The position numbers and the translations under genes were made by a program. A stretch of DNA of 64,000 bases from the NCBI GenBank assembly GCA_003222395.1, contig QHWB01000034.1:67460-131459 (forward strand), in the 5' to 3' direction. The stretch comes from Acidobacteriota bacterium (GTDB lineage: Bacteria > Acidobacteriota > Vicinamibacteria > Vicinamibacterales > CAVVIG01). The notes under the pieces are model-generated. The model ran no database searches, had not been told where the DNA came from, and worked only from the letters and a program-made list of their open reading frames with translations. Within the stretch, counting starts at the first letter, position 1, and each line of letters begins with the position of its first letter. This document shows positions 21,214 to 33,511 of the stretch, one piece after another.

Positions 21214-22833
21214 ATGCGCCGCTATCGACCTTTGCCCGCCGTCGTGTTTGCCATCATTGTCTCTGCTCTCGTCGGCGGCCTGTTCGGCCGGAGCGCGCTC
21301 GCCACCGACGACAAGATTCCGGACCATTATCGCGCGTTCACGGCCGCGCTGAGCGCCATCGAAAACAGCTACGTCGACAAGGTCGAGTCCGACGCGCTGG
21401 TGACGGGCGCGATTCGCGGCATGCTCGGCACGCTCGACCCGCACTCGAGTTATTTCACGCCGAAGGAATACGCGCAGATGCGCGAGCGGCAGGAAGGCCG
21501 CTACTACGGAATCGGCGTCTCGATTGTCGCCGTCGACGGCGACATCACGGCGGTGACGGTGTTCGAAGGATCGCCGGCGTACAAGAAGGGAATCCGGAGC
21601 GGCGACGTCATCGCCAAGGTCAATACCAAGGATGCGAAGGGATGGACCACCGAGCAGGCGATGCGCGAACTGCGCGGCCCGCGCGGGACGACGGTCGACG
21701 TCGAGATCAGGCGCCGCGGCTACGAAGCGCTCATTCCATTCCAGTTGACGCGCGACGAAGTCTACATTCCCACCGTCCCTGCGTATTTCATGATCGATTC
21801 GACGACCGGCTACATCCGGATGCAGGACTTCGGCGAGAACACCGACCGCGACGTGAAGCACGCGCTGCACGATCTCACGTCGAAGGGGATGCGCCGCCTC
21901 CTCTTCGACATCAGGAACAATCCGGGCGGTCCGCTCGATCAGGCGATTCAAGTGGCCAACGAGTTCCTGCCGCGCGGACGAATGATCGTGTACACGCGCG
22001 GCCGCATCGCGAACTCGGATCAGGATTACCGGGCGAAGGACGACGGCGAGTTCACCGACATTCCGATCGTGCTGCTCGCCAACCGCAACAGCGCGAGCGC
22101 ATCGGAAATCGTCACCGGCGCGCTCCAGGATCACGATCGCGCGTACGTCGTCGGCGAGACGACGTTCGGCAAGGCGCTCGTTCAGTCCGTGTACCGCATC
22201 AGCGCGGGCGCGGGTCTCGCGCTGACCACCGCTCATTACTACACGCCGAGCGGCCGGCTCATCCAGCGTCCGTGGGATGCCAGCTTCGACGAGTATCTGA
22301 GCTATGGGCTGAAGGATCAGTCCGAAGTGCGTCAGCACGCGGCGAGCGAGTTGAAGCACACTGATGCGGGACGTCCGGTGTACAGCGGCGGCGGCATCGA
22401 GCCCGACAAGCGCGTCGTCGGCCAGTTCGAAGGGTTCAATCCCGATCGCCTAGGCCGCCAGTTGTACGCGCGCCAGGCGTTCGAGCGGTTCGCGCAGCGG
22501 TTCTCGGCGCAGGGCGACACGCGTGTGAGCGGCACTTCCACCGGCCGCAAGGATGTGAAGCCGAACTTCGTCGTCGATGACGCGATGCTCGCCGACTTCC
22601 GCGAGCAGTTGAAAGGCGATCGCGTGCGGCTTGACGATGAGGCGTTCAAGAAGGATATCGACTTCATCCGCGCGATGATTCGGTTCCGCATCGACGAGGC
22701 GGTGTTCGGCATCGCCGAAGCACGGCGCCACCTGGTCGGCGCCGATCCGCAGGCGCAGGCGGCCCTAGCAATGTTCGGCGAGGCCCAGAAGCTCACGGAG
22801 TTGAGCAAGGCAGGCCGGACGAAGGCGCACTAG
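21214..22833 (+). CDS. S41 family C-terminal processing peptidase
   Basis: PDZ plus S41 catalytic region (NRNSASASEIVTGALQDHDRAYVVGETTFGKALVQS). Confidence 0.9.
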   Translation: MRRYRPLPAVVFAIIVSALVGGLFGRSALATDDKIPDHYRAFTAALSAIENSYVDKVESDALVTGAIRGMLGTLDPHSSYFTPKEYAQMRERQEGRYYGIGVSIVAVDGDITAVTVFEGSPAYKKGIRSGDVIAKVNTKDAKGWTTEQAMRELRGPRGTTVDVEIRRRGYEALIPFQLTRDEVYIPTVPAYFMIDSTTGYIRMQDFGENTDRDVKHALHDLTSKGMRRLLFDIRNNPGGPLDQAIQVANEFLPRGRMIVYTRGRIANSDQDYRAKDDGEFTDIPIVLLANRNSASASEIVTGALQDHDRAYVVGETTFGKALVQSVYRISAGAGLALTTAHYYTPSGRLIQRPWDASFDEYLSYGLKDQSEVRQHAASELKHTDAGRPVYSGGGIEPDKRVVGQFEGFNPDRLGRQLYARQAFERFAQRFSAQGDTRVSGTSTGRKDVKPNFVVDDAMLADFREQLKGDRVRLDDEAFKKDIDFIRAMIRFRIDEAVFGIAEARRHLVGADPQAQAALAMFGEAQKLTELSKAGRTKAH

Positions 22834-22840
22834 GCCGCGG

Positions 22841-22860
22841 GTAGGGCAGCCGACCGCTAC
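22841..22860. repeat. family-C short form GTAGGG..CCGCTAC after the S41 peptidase stop
   Basis: GTAGGGCAGCCGACCGCTAC shares both termini with the smc palindrome. Confidence 0.4.
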
Positions 22861-23125
22861 CAATTGGGCTGCGATTGGCGGTTGCCGCAATATTTAGTCG
22901 TGTTACACTGACGACCGATTTTCGGCCCCGGGGCCGTTTTCCCGTCGGGAAGACGAAAGGGCGGTCACATCGGTCGTTTGTCTGGTTGTCTCCCAGCCAA
23001 TCTAGGTTGTCGTTGTCGCTCGCCTGAACGGCTCGCGCTGCCGGAACTGTGCGGACTCGGAGCGCCGTTCGTCGCGCGAGGCTTTCAGCCGAGCGTGGTG
23101 TGTTCAGCGGAGCAGGGTGTGTGCC

Positions 23126-26100
23126 ATGCGTCTGCAACGTCTCGAAATCAACGGCTTCAAATCGTTCTCGGACCGGTCGGAGCTCGCCTTCGATGACGGG
23201 GTGACCGCCATCGTCGGCCCCAACGGTTGCGGCAAGAGCAACGTCGCCGACGCGATCACGTGGGTCATGGGCGAACAGAGCGCCAAGAGCCTGCGTGGCG
23301 ACAAGATGGAAGATCTCATCTTCAGCGGCAGCGACGCGCGCAAGCCGACGGCGGCGGCCGAAGTGAAGCTGAAGTTCAGCGGATTTCTCAAGACCGTTGT
23401 GGCGGAAACCGTCGCGTCCGACTCGAGGCGGACTCCTGCGAACGGCAACGGCCAGCGCGGGAACGGGAACGGACATCACTCACACAATTCGGCCGAAGCC
23501 GGACGTCCCACCGATCTGGCCGAGGAAATCATTCAATCGGTCGCGCGCGAAATCGAAGTCACGCGGCGGCTCTATCGTTCGGGCGAGAGCGAATACCTGA
23601 TCGACGGCCAGTTGTGCCGCCTGAAGGACATCCACGACCTCCTCATGGATACCGGGCTGGGCGCGAAGGCCTACGCGATCATCGAGCAAGGCAAGATCGG
23701 GATGATCCTCAGCTCACGTCCGACCGATCGGCGGCAGCTGATCGAAGAAGCGGCGGGCGTCACAAAGTACAAAGCGCGGCGGCGCGCCGCTGAGCTGAAG
23801 CTGCAAGCGGCACAGCAGAACCTCACGCGGATCGACGACATCGTCTTCGAGGTCGAGAAGCAGCGCGGCACGCTGAAGCGGCAGGCGGCGAAGGCGCGGC
23901 GGTATCAGAGGCTCCGCGACGAGCTGAAGCGCTGGGAGAAGGTGCTCTTCGCGCGCAAGTATCGTCAGCTCGCGGAAACCATCGCGTCGGCGCGGGCGCG
24001 GCTCGCCGAGGCGCGCGAGCGCGAGTCGGTCGCGGCGGCGCGCGTCTCGGAAATCGAGAGCGATCTCGGCCGTGTGCGGATCGAGCTCGTCGAAGCGGAA
24101 TCGCGCGCCACCTCCGCGCGCGAAGCGGCGCACGCGCGGGAGCTGTCGATCAACCGCCGGCAGCAGCAGATCGCGTTCGATCGCGAACAGATGCAGACGC
24201 TCGATGCTCGGTCCGCCGCAGTGGCGGGCGAGCTCGAGACGATCGAACTGCGGCGCGAACCGGCCAGGGCATCGGTCATGTCGCGCCGCGAAGCGGCGGC
24301 TGAGGCCGACAAGGAACGCGATCGCGCCGCGGCGGCGTATGCGTCGGAATCGGAGGCGTACGAGGCGGCGCACCGCGAGATCGAGGGGCTCGAAGCGGAC
24401 GTCGAAGCGGCGCGCAGCGAAGTCTTCTCGGCAATCAACTCAGCGACGGCACTGCGGCACGCGGTCGATCATGCGGCCATGGCGCGCGAGAAGGTCGCCG
24501 AGACGCTGGCGAAGCTGGACATCGAGAGCGGCGACCTGCGCGTCGAATCGGAACGCGTGGCGCTGGAACGGACGGCGGCCTCCGACGGTCTCCGACGCGC
24601 GCACGACGCCATCGAGGCGACGCGCGTTCGACGCGCCGCGCGCGAATCGGAGCTCGCGAGCGCCCGTATCGAACACGACTGGCGCGCGCGATCGGTTCGC
24701 GCGCGCGAGCACGAGCTCGCCGGCCTCGAGGCGCGGTTGAAATCGCTCGAGGAGCTCGATGCGGCGCGCGCCGGATTCGGCGATGCTCCGCGGGCCGTCC
24801 TGGCGCAGGCGAACGGCACCGTCAACCAGCACGGCGCCGTCGCCGATTACCTCGAGGTGGAAGCGGGATACGAGCGGGCGGTCGAGGCGTGTCTCGGCGA
24901 TCTCCTGCAACACGTCGTCGTCGAGCGTCCGGAGCACGCCGCCGCGGGATTCCGGGTGGTTCAAGAAGCCGGCGCAGGACGATGCGGCTTCCTGATCACG
25001 ACGGCTGTAACGAGGGTTGTAGGGGACGGTCTCAAGACCGTCCGCTACCGCGAGGGCGATTACCGCGATGGCGACGACCGTGACGACCACCACGGCGACG
25101 CCGACGGAATGGTCGCCTTGTCTTCGGTGGTGCGCGCCAACGGACCGTACGCCGACGCCATTCGCTCGGCGATTGGCGACGCGTGGATCGCGCCGTCGTA
25201 TCAGCAGGCGGCTGACGCGAGCTGCACGACGCGGATGTTGGTCGCGACGCTCGCTGGCGAAGTCTTTCACGGTCCCGCGCTCGTGTCGGGCGGCACGCGC
25301 GCCGAAGCGCGTGGCATCCTCGAGACCAAACGCGAGATCAAGGAGCTGCGCGACCGCATCGCCGTGGAGCGGGGCGCGCTGACGCGCCTCGCGCAGGAGA
25401 CGACAGAGCTCGAAGCCGCGATCGCGCAAGCGTCGAACGCCGTCGCGGCGCTCGACGCCGAGCACCACAAGCACGAAAAGGCGATCGTCGGCTACGAATC
25501 GCAGCTCCAGCACGCCAGAGACGAAGAGACGCGCCTTGCGCAGCGCGCCGCGCAGCTGGTTCGCGAGCGAAGGCAGGCGGAAGAGGAGCGCGATGCGCTC
25601 GATCGGCGTCGGGAAGAAGCGCGAGCCTCGATCGCGCGGCTGGAAAACGATCAGCGCCTCGCCGACGAGCGGCTGACCGTCGCGCAGCGGCGGCTGTTCG
25701 AAGCGCGCGAGTCGATCGATGATTCCAGCCGTCGCGCGGCCGAAGCGGGAGCGGCGCATGCGGCGCTCGTCGAGCGGGCCAGCGCGCTGGCGGCCGAAGT
25801 GCAGCGGCTCGAGGAAGCAGCGGCGGAGATCGAAGCGCGCGCCGCGTCGCTCGCGATCGAGCTCGAGGAATCGCGGAGCCGCGTGCGCCAGCTGCGGGAA
25901 TCGATTGTGGCCGGCGAGCGGCAGCTCGACGCCGACGTCCGCGATCTCGACGACCTTCGCAGGGCCGTCATGAGCGCCGACGAGCGCGTCGCCGCGCTTC
26001 GCGCGACGAGCGACGAGCGCGAGGCCACGATCAGGGAAGCGCGCGGCGCGCTCGACGCGATCCGCGCCGTCGTCTCGGAGCTCGACATCGCGCGGGCGAC

Positions 26101-26974
26101 GGCCGAAGGCGATCTGTCTCACCTCGCGTACACCTGCGAGGATGCCGTCAATGCCACGCTCGACGAGGTGCTCCGCGAGGTCGAGCAGCTCGAAGCGGCG
26201 GGGCAGGCCGTTCCGGACGCCGCGGCTCTGCGCGCCGAGGAGCCGGTCGACGAGGACGAGGACGCGGCGGGTGATGTCCGGCTGAAGCCGGACGTCTCTG
26301 AAGATGCGGTCGCGATCGCGCAGCAGCGCACGATGAGCGCCGAGGAGGCGATCGCAGCGCTGCGGGGCAGGATCGAGCGGCTCGGTCCGGTGAACATGAT
26401 GGCGATCGAGCAGTTCGACGAGCTCGACGAGCGCCACAGGTTCCTGTCGACGCAGCGCAACGATCTCGTCGAATCGATCGCGCAGACGAGCGAAGCGATC
26501 AGGCGGATCGACGAAACGACGCGTCAGCGTTTCACGGAAGCGTTCCTCGCCATCAACCGCAATTTTCAGGAGACGTTCAGCACGCTGTTCGGTGGCGGCC
26601 GCGCCGGGCTGACGCTGCTCGACGAAACCGATCCGCTCGAGAGCGGCATCGAGATCATCGCGCAGCCACCGGGCAAGCGGCTGCAGAGCGTCCAGTTGCT
26701 CTCGGGCGGCGAGAAGGCGCTGACCGCCATCGCGCTGATGTTCGGCATGTTCAAGTACAAGCCGAGCCCCTTCTGCCTCCTCGACGAGATCGATGCGCCG
26801 CTCGACGATGCCAACATCGGCCGCTTCGTCGAGATGCTCCGCGGCATGCAGCAGCACACGCAGTTCATCGTCATCACGCACAACCGCAAGACGATGGAAA
26901 TCGCCGATCGCCTCTACGGCGTGACGATGGAGGAACCGGGCGTGTCGAAGCTGATTTCGGTCCAGTTGAACTGA
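23126..26974 (+). CDS. smc: chromosome segregation protein SMC
   Basis: Start at ATG 23126 gives MRLQRLEINGFKSF. Walker A GPNGCGKSN, long coiled coils, hinge, and C-terminal LSGGEKALTAIALMF..LDEIDAPLD. Confidence 0.93.
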   Translation: MRLQRLEINGFKSFSDRSELAFDDGVTAIVGPNGCGKSNVADAITWVMGEQSAKSLRGDKMEDLIFSGSDARKPTAAAEVKLKFSGFLKTVVAETVASDSRRTPANGNGQRGNGNGHHSHNSAEAGRPTDLAEEIIQSVAREIEVTRRLYRSGESEYLIDGQLCRLKDIHDLLMDTGLGAKAYAIIEQGKIGMILSSRPTDRRQLIEEAAGVTKYKARRRAAELKLQAAQQNLTRIDDIVFEVEKQRGTLKRQAAKARRYQRLRDELKRWEKVLFARKYRQLAETIASARARLAEARERESVAAARVSEIESDLGRVRIELVEAESRATSAREAAHARELSINRRQQQIAFDREQMQTLDARSAAVAGELETIELRREPARASVMSRREAAAEADKERDRAAAAYASESEAYEAAHREIEGLEADVEAARSEVFSAINSATALRHAVDHAAMAREKVAETLAKLDIESGDLRVESERVALERTAASDGLRRAHDAIEATRVRRAARESELASARIEHDWRARSVRAREHELAGLEARLKSLEELDAARAGFGDAPRAVLAQANGTVNQHGAVADYLEVEAGYERAVEACLGDLLQHVVVERPEHAAAGFRVVQEAGAGRCGFLITTAVTRVVGDGLKTVRYREGDYRDGDDRDDHHGDADGMVALSSVVRANGPYADAIRSAIGDAWIAPSYQQAADASCTTRMLVATLAGEVFHGPALVSGGTRAEARGILETKREIKELRDRIAVERGALTRLAQETTELEAAIAQASNAVAALDAEHHKHEKAIVGYESQLQHARDEETRLAQRAAQLVRERRQAEEERDALDRRREEARASIARLENDQRLADERLTVAQRRLFEARESIDDSSRRAAEAGAAHAALVERASALAAEVQRLEEAAAEIEARAASLAIELEESRSRVRQLRESIVAGERQLDADVRDLDDLRRAVMSADERVAALRATSDEREATIREARGALDAIRAVVSELDIARATAEGDLSHLAYTCEDAVNATLDEVLREVEQLEAAGQAVPDAAALRAEEPVDEDEDAAGDVRLKPDVSEDAVAIAQQRTMSAEEAIAALRGRIERLGPVNMMAIEQFDELDERHRFLSTQRNDLVESIAQTSEAIRRIDETTRQRFTEAFLAINRNFQETFSTLFGGGRAGLTLLDETDPLESGIEIIAQPPGKRLQSVQLLSGGEKALTAIALMFGMFKYKPSPFCLLDEIDAPLDDANIGRFVEMLRGMQQHTQFIVITHNRKTMEIADRLYGVTMEEPGVSKLISVQLN
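25019..25048. repeat. family-C 30-nt near-perfect palindrome inside the smc hinge region
   Basis: GTAGGGGACGGTCTCAAGACCGTCCGCTAC has a 14-bp stem with one mismatch. It is translated as VGDGLKTVRY. Confidence 0.8.
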
Positions 26975-27049
26975 CGCCCGCCCGGCAGCCGGCCTCCTTG
27001 CGATCGAACGGAGGTCGGTGCACGATCGTCTTTACCCCGGAGGACACAT

Positions 27050-27853
27050 ATGATTCGACGGGTTGCCTGCCTGGCGGCGGTTCTTGCGCTCCTAGCGTGC
27101 GACGTCTCGATTGGAAGCCTGGCCGGCCGCGCCAGCGACGAATGGACGCGCAGCTACAAGTTGAGTCCCGGCGGCGAATTCAGGATCCGCAACACCAACG
27201 GGCGGATTGACGTCGAGGGCGGCGACGACCCGTCCGTCGAGGTCCGCGCCGAACGGATCGCCAGAGCGGTCAGCGACGAGGCCGCGCGCGAGCTGCTGCC
27301 GCGCATCGCCATCAATGAGGACGTCAAGCCCGATCGCGTCTCGATCGAGACCGGCAGACTGAGCGGAATCATGATCGGCGCCGGTTTCGAAGTCCGCTAT
27401 CACGTCCGCGCGCCGAAGAGCGTCGTCGTCAATGTGTCGAACACGAACGGGCAGATTACGCTGAAGTCGTTGAGCGGCCGCGTGACCGCGCACACGACCA
27501 ACGGCGGCGTCCGCGGAAACGCACTGAGCGGCGGCGTCGACGCGACGACCACGAACGGCGGCGTGGACGTCGAGTTCGCGTCGGTCGGCACCGACAGAAT
27601 CTCGCTGACCACGACGAACGGCGGCGTCACGATCGATCTGCCGGCCGACGCCAAAGCCGACGTGCTGGCCACGTGCACGAACGGCGGCATCAGCGTGTCG
27701 CCGGACGTCAAGATGCAGGTCACCGAGCAATCGCGGAGGCGCTTCGAGGGGAAAATGAACGGCGGCGGCACACCCGTCGACCTCAGGACCACCAACGGCG
27801 GTATCCGCATCCGCTCCCGAGGCCTTGCAGAGAAAACGACAGAGAGTCGATGA
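27050..27853 (+). CDS. lipoprotein with DUF4097-like repeated beta-strand units
   Basis: Lipobox LALLAC and repeated TTNGG(V/I) units. Confidence 0.7.
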   Translation: MIRRVACLAAVLALLACDVSIGSLAGRASDEWTRSYKLSPGGEFRIRNTNGRIDVEGGDDPSVEVRAERIARAVSDEAARELLPRIAINEDVKPDRVSIETGRLSGIMIGAGFEVRYHVRAPKSVVVNVSNTNGQITLKSLSGRVTAHTTNGGVRGNALSGGVDATTTNGGVDVEFASVGTDRISLTTTNGGVTIDLPADAKADVLATCTNGGISVSPDVKMQVTEQSRRRFEGKMNGGGTPVDLRTTNGGIRIRSRGLAEKTTESR

Positions 27854-28941
27854 ACGAGGACAAAGCGACACGCTACAACCGGCTGAAGCGGCGTGTGACC
27901 GTCGTGTCGCTGATCGCGACCGTCGGCCTCCTCGTGGCGCTGCTCGCAACCGGCTGGAGCCTGGCGCTTCGCGATGCCGCGCGCTCGAATGTGCTCGCCT
28001 ACGTCGCGCTGTTCTCGATCGTCAACGAAGCGGTCGGTCTGCCGCTGGCGTTCTACGGCGGCTTTCTCCTCGAACGGCGGTACGGGTTGTCGAACGAGAC
28101 GTTCGCGCGCTGGCTGCTCGACCAGGCGAAGTCGTTCGGGATCGGACTCGCGCTCGGCGGCGGCGCCGCCTGGTTGATCTACTCGTGCATCCGTTTTTCG
28201 CCCGAGCGATGGTGGGCGATTGCCGGGGTGCTGTTCGCGCTCGTGATCGTCGGTTTGACGAATCTGGCGCCGGTGCTTCTCATGCCTCTGTTCTATTCGC
28301 TGAAGCCGCTCGATCGGGAAGCGCTGCGCCGCCGGCTGCTCGCGCTGGCGGACCGGGCTGGTGCACGGGCGCTCGGTGCGTACGAATGGGGACTCGCCGA
28401 CAAAACCAAGAAAGCGAACGCCGCTCTGGCCGGCCTAGGCGGTACCCGGCGCATCCTCGTGTCGGACACGATGCTCGCCGAATACTCGGAGGATGAGATC
28501 GAAGTCGTCCTGGCGCACGAACTCGCGCACCACGTCCACGGCGACATTTGGAAAGGGATTCTGTTCGAAAGCGGACTGGTCCTCGCTGGCTTCTATCTCG
28601 CGTCGCGCGTCCTCGCCGCCTTCGCGCATCCGATCGGCCTGAACGGCGTCAACGACGTCGCCGGCCTGCCGCTGCTGGTGCTTGCGGCAGGGGCGGTTTC
28701 GTTCGTGATGGTGCCCGTCGCGCACGCGATGTCGCGCGCCTTCGAACGCCGGGCCGATCGGTTCGCGCTCGACCTGACGCAGAACCCGGGCGCGTTCATC
28801 GCAGCGATGCGGCGCCTCGGTGCCCAGAATCTGGCCGAGGAGCATCCGTCGAAAATCGTGCAGTGGCTGTTCTACAGTCATCCCCCGATGCGCGACCGCA
28901 TTGCGGCCGCGCAAGCCTTCAGGCCGACTCCGCTCGCCTGA
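27850..28941 (+). CDS. M48 family zinc metallopeptidase (Ste24/HtpX-like)
   Basis: Start at ATG 27850 (ATGA overlap); the track ORF is over-extended. TM N-region and HELAHH zinc motif. Confidence 0.85.
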   Translation: MNEDKATRYNRLKRRVTVVSLIATVGLLVALLATGWSLALRDAARSNVLAYVALFSIVNEAVGLPLAFYGGFLLERRYGLSNETFARWLLDQAKSFGIGLALGGGAAWLIYSCIRFSPERWWAIAGVLFALVIVGLTNLAPVLLMPLFYSLKPLDREALRRRLLALADRAGARALGAYEWGLADKTKKANAALAGLGGTRRILVSDTMLAEYSEDEIEVVLAHELAHHVHGDIWKGILFESGLVLAGFYLASRVLAAFAHPIGLNGVNDVAGLPLLVLAAGAVSFVMVPVAHAMSRAFERRADRFALDLTQNPGAFIAAMRRLGAQNLAEEHPSKIVQWLFYSHPPMRDRIAAAQAFRPTPLA

Positions 28942-28964
28942 TCGCCCTCCGCACTCACGCCTCT

Positions 28965-29240
28965 CTACGCCGCGATTGGTTGCGCCGGCTCGACCGGAGG
29001 CACGAGCGTCGGCCGGGGACGGCGCAGTTCTTCCAGATGATGGAGCACGTGTTCCCGCTCCCAAGCCGTCAAAGCGACGTACAGCACTGTATTGATCGCA
29101 AGATGCATTTCCCGCCGGCTCAGCCAGGCGGCGGCGTTGTACAAACCCATGATTGCGGCGAGACCAAACGCACTCGCGTGAACACCGAGCTTCAGGTGCT
29201 CGCAGTTGCCGCACTGCAGGATACGAAGCTCCATTTCCAT
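28965..29240 (-). CDS. small hypothetical membrane protein
   Basis: 91-aa ORF on the opposite strand to its neighbours. Two hydrophobic segments and no recognisable family. Third-codon-position GC looks lower than in neighbouring genes. Confidence 0.35.
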   Translation of the reverse strand: MEMELRILQCGNCEHLKLGVHASAFGLAAIMGLYNAAAWLSRREMHLAINTVLYVALTAWEREHVLHHLEELRRPRPTLVPPVEPAQPIAA

Positions 29241-29302
29241 ACAGTCGAGCCATGCAACCGCTGTTCCGCTCCCGTCCGTTCGAATAGCATAGAGACCGCC
29301 GA

Positions 29303-29893
29303 ATGATGACCGACTCGTCTACCCGCCGCCTCGTCGTTGCGATGACGGGCGCGACAGGCACCATCTATGGCGTCCGCGTCCTCGAGGCATTGAGAGACGC
29401 CGGCGTGGCCACGCACTTCGTCATGAGCAAATGGGGCGCGCGGACGCTCACGCACGAGACGCCGTACACGGTCGAACAAGTCAACGCGCTCGCGACCGAG
29501 GTCCATGCCGTGGGCGATCTCGGCGCCCCGATTTCGAGCGGATCGTTCGTCACGCTCGGAATGATCATCGCGCCGTGCAGCATGCGCACGCTGGCGGCCA
29601 TCGCGAACGGCTTCGGCGACAACCTGATCCACCGCGCGGCCGACGTGGTGCTGAAAGAAGGGCGCCGACTCGTCCTGGCGGTCCAGGAGACGCCGCTCAG
29701 CGCCATTCATCTCGAAAACATGTTGAAGCTGTCACGGCTGGGTGTGGCGATCGTCCCGCCTGTGCCGGCCTTCTACAACCGACCGGATTCGTTGGACGAT
29801 ATTGTGAATTACACGGTGGCGCGGTTACTCGATCAGGCGGGAATCCACATCGAAGCCGCAGCGCGCTGGGATGGGATGAAAACCGGGCGGTAA
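29303..29893 (+). CDS. ubiX: flavin prenyltransferase UbiX
   Basis: 196 aa. VVAMTGATGTIYGVRVLEAL and APCSMRTLAAIANG motifs. Confidence 0.9.
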   Translation: MMTDSSTRRLVVAMTGATGTIYGVRVLEALRDAGVATHFVMSKWGARTLTHETPYTVEQVNALATEVHAVGDLGAPISSGSFVTLGMIIAPCSMRTLAAIANGFGDNLIHRAADVVLKEGRRLVLAVQETPLSAIHLENMLKLSRLGVAIVPPVPAFYNRPDSLDDIVNYTVARLLDQAGIHIEAAARWDGMKTGR

Positions 29894-29900
29894 CGCTCAT

Positions 29901-29970
29901 GTAGGGACCGACCGACGTGTCGTCGACGCAGTGACGACGCGTCGGCACGGGGCCGACACGTTGGTCCGCC

Positions 29971-29974
<4 letters not shown>
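29901..29974. terminator. family-C long hairpin between convergent ubiX and pnp (bidirectional terminator candidate)
   Basis: GTAGGGACCGACCGACGTGTCG ... CGACACGTTGGTCCGCCCTAG. The right arm overlaps the pnp stop codon. Confidence 0.55.
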
Positions 29975-32082
<2,108 letters not shown>

Positions 32083-32096
32083 AAAGTTGGAGCCGA

Positions 32097-32136
32097 GAAG
32101 TGAAAAGTGAAAAGCACCGGTCGCTTGTTCACTTTC
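32097..32136 (-). terminator. heptamer-repeat hairpin overlapping the rpsO stop (rpsO terminator / pnp leader)
   Basis: GAAGTGAAAAGTGAAAAG .. TCACTTTC. On the minus strand, GAAAGTGA (which contains the stop) pairs with TCACTTTT and is followed by a T-rich run. Confidence 0.5.
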
Positions 32137-32398
32137 TGATGTTGAGTCGCCGAATCAAATCGGCGTAGCGCTGCGCGTCCTTCATCTTCAGGTAATCGAG
32201 AAGGCGGCGGCGCCGGCCGACCAGCATCAGCAGGCCGCGGCGCGAGTGGTGATCCTTTGCGTGCGTCTTGAAATGCTCCGTCAGATAGTTGATACGCTCG
32301 CTCAGGATGGCCACCTGCACTTCGGGGGATCCGGTGTCGGCGTCGTGGGTCTTATAACTCCCAATCAACTCGGTCTTGCGATCTTTGCTGAGTGCCAC
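32129..32398 (-). CDS. rpsO: 30S ribosomal protein S15
   Basis: 89 aa. [38 protein letters not shown] start with GGAGGT upstream. Confidence 0.95.
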   Translation of the reverse strand: MALSKDRKTELIGSYKTHDADTGSPEVQVAILSERINYLTEHFKTHAKDHHSRRGLLMLVGRRRRLLDYLKMKDAQRYADLIRRLNIRK

Positions 32399-32430
32399 CT
32401 GCGGGTACCTCCACGGACGCCCCAGTCAAC

Positions 32431-32530
32431 GCTGTTGTGCTCGCGGGTCCCACCCGCTCGCTCTCGCTGCGGCGCTCGCTTTCATCACGACGGCCGCAGG
32501 CGCTACCAGATGCGCCGTATAACCAAAAAC
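32431..32530 (-). repeat. family-A element between truB and rpsO
   Basis: The reverse complement reads ..AGCGCCTGCGGCC..GAGAGCGAGCGGGTGGGACCCGCGAGCACAACAG. Confidence 0.75.
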
Positions 32531-32555
32531 TTCTTAGTCGAGCAAGATCAACATG

Positions 32556-33506
32556 TTACCTCAGAACGACCGAGGGATGCAAAAGCCCGGAGGGGCCCAT
32601 CCGCTCGGCAATCGCGACCAGATCGCCGGCCGAGTCGAGCAGCCGGACGAACGGCCAGGAATCGGGATCCGCGGTTGGCGCAGCGGGCGCCTCCAGGTTA
32701 CGACCGTGAAGAGCTCGCTGCAGCCCCTCGGCGTCGAGCGTGACCGGCGGGAGGCTGGTCAGCATCCGCGCGAGTGGCACGACACCTCTCGCCGCGGCCT
32801 GCGGATCCCGCTCGGCTGCCGCCAGCGAGATCGAGTCGTCGAGCGAACACTCCCCGCTGAGCGTGCGCCGGAGCGCGATCAGATGAGCCCCCGTTCCGAG
32901 TCGTTCACCGAGATCGTGGGCCAGCGACCGAACGTAGAAGCCCCCGGAGCAGTGGAGCGTCAGCGACACTTGGTCGGCGTCGAGGTTTGTGATGACGAGA
33001 CGATTCACCGTCACGAGTGTCGGTGCCGGCGCGCCGTCAACATCCTGATTGAGTCCGACACCGGTCCGACCCCGATCCGACCCTGGTCCGACTCGTGTCG
33101 GACCCTGCCGTGCGAGGTCGTAGCTGCGGCGGCCGCCGATTTTCTTTGCGGAGAACAGGGGCGGCTGTTGCAGAAACTGACCGCGAAACGCGTCAAGCGC
33201 GCGATCGATCACTTCGACCGCCGGCAGTGGATGCTCGTACCGCGCGCCGACCTGTGTGCCATCGCTGTCGGCCGTGTCGGTTGCGAAGCCGAGACGGACG
33301 ATCGCTTCGTAGGACTTGTCGCCGGCGCTCAGGAATCGAGCCAGCCGCGTCGCACGGCCGATGACGAGCGGCAGCACGCCCGTCGCCAGCGGATCGAGCG
33401 TGCCGGTGTGCCCGATCCGCCGCTCGCGCAGGATGCGCCGCATTCGCGCGACGACGTCGTGCGACGTGGGACCGGACGGCTTGTCGACGACGAGCAAGCC
33501 GTCCAT
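32556..33506 (-). CDS. truB: tRNA pseudouridine(55) synthase
   Basis: MDGLLVVDKPSGPTSHDVV and GHTGTLDPLATGVL motifs. Confidence 0.92.
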   Translation of the reverse strand: MDGLLVVDKPSGPTSHDVVARMRRILRERRIGHTGTLDPLATGVLPLVIGRATRLARFLSAGDKSYEAIVRLGFATDTADSDGTQVGARYEHPLPAVEVIDRALDAFRGQFLQQPPLFSAKKIGGRRSYDLARQGPTRVGPGSDRGRTGVGLNQDVDGAPAPTLVTVNRLVITNLDADQVSLTLHCSGGFYVRSLAHDLGERLGTGAHLIALRRTLSGECSLDDSISLAAAERDPQAAARGVVPLARMLTSLPPVTLDAEGLQRALHGRNLEAPAAPTADPDSWPFVRLLDSAGDLVAIAERMGPSGLLHPSVVLR

Positions 33507-33511
33507 CGCGT

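Noticed and set aside
24440-26881. 813-aa ORF antisense to smc, with similar long antisense or off-frame ORFs at 56187-58265, 56507-58552, 30076-31884, 38382-40367, 17034-18197 and 20011-20796
   Set aside because: These are shadow ORFs expected in high-GC DNA. Their translations are Arg/Ala/Asp-rich low-complexity sequence with no family motifs. The opposite or alternative frame carries unambiguous SMC, GlgP, PNPase, NusA/IF-2, NadB and TatC sequences.
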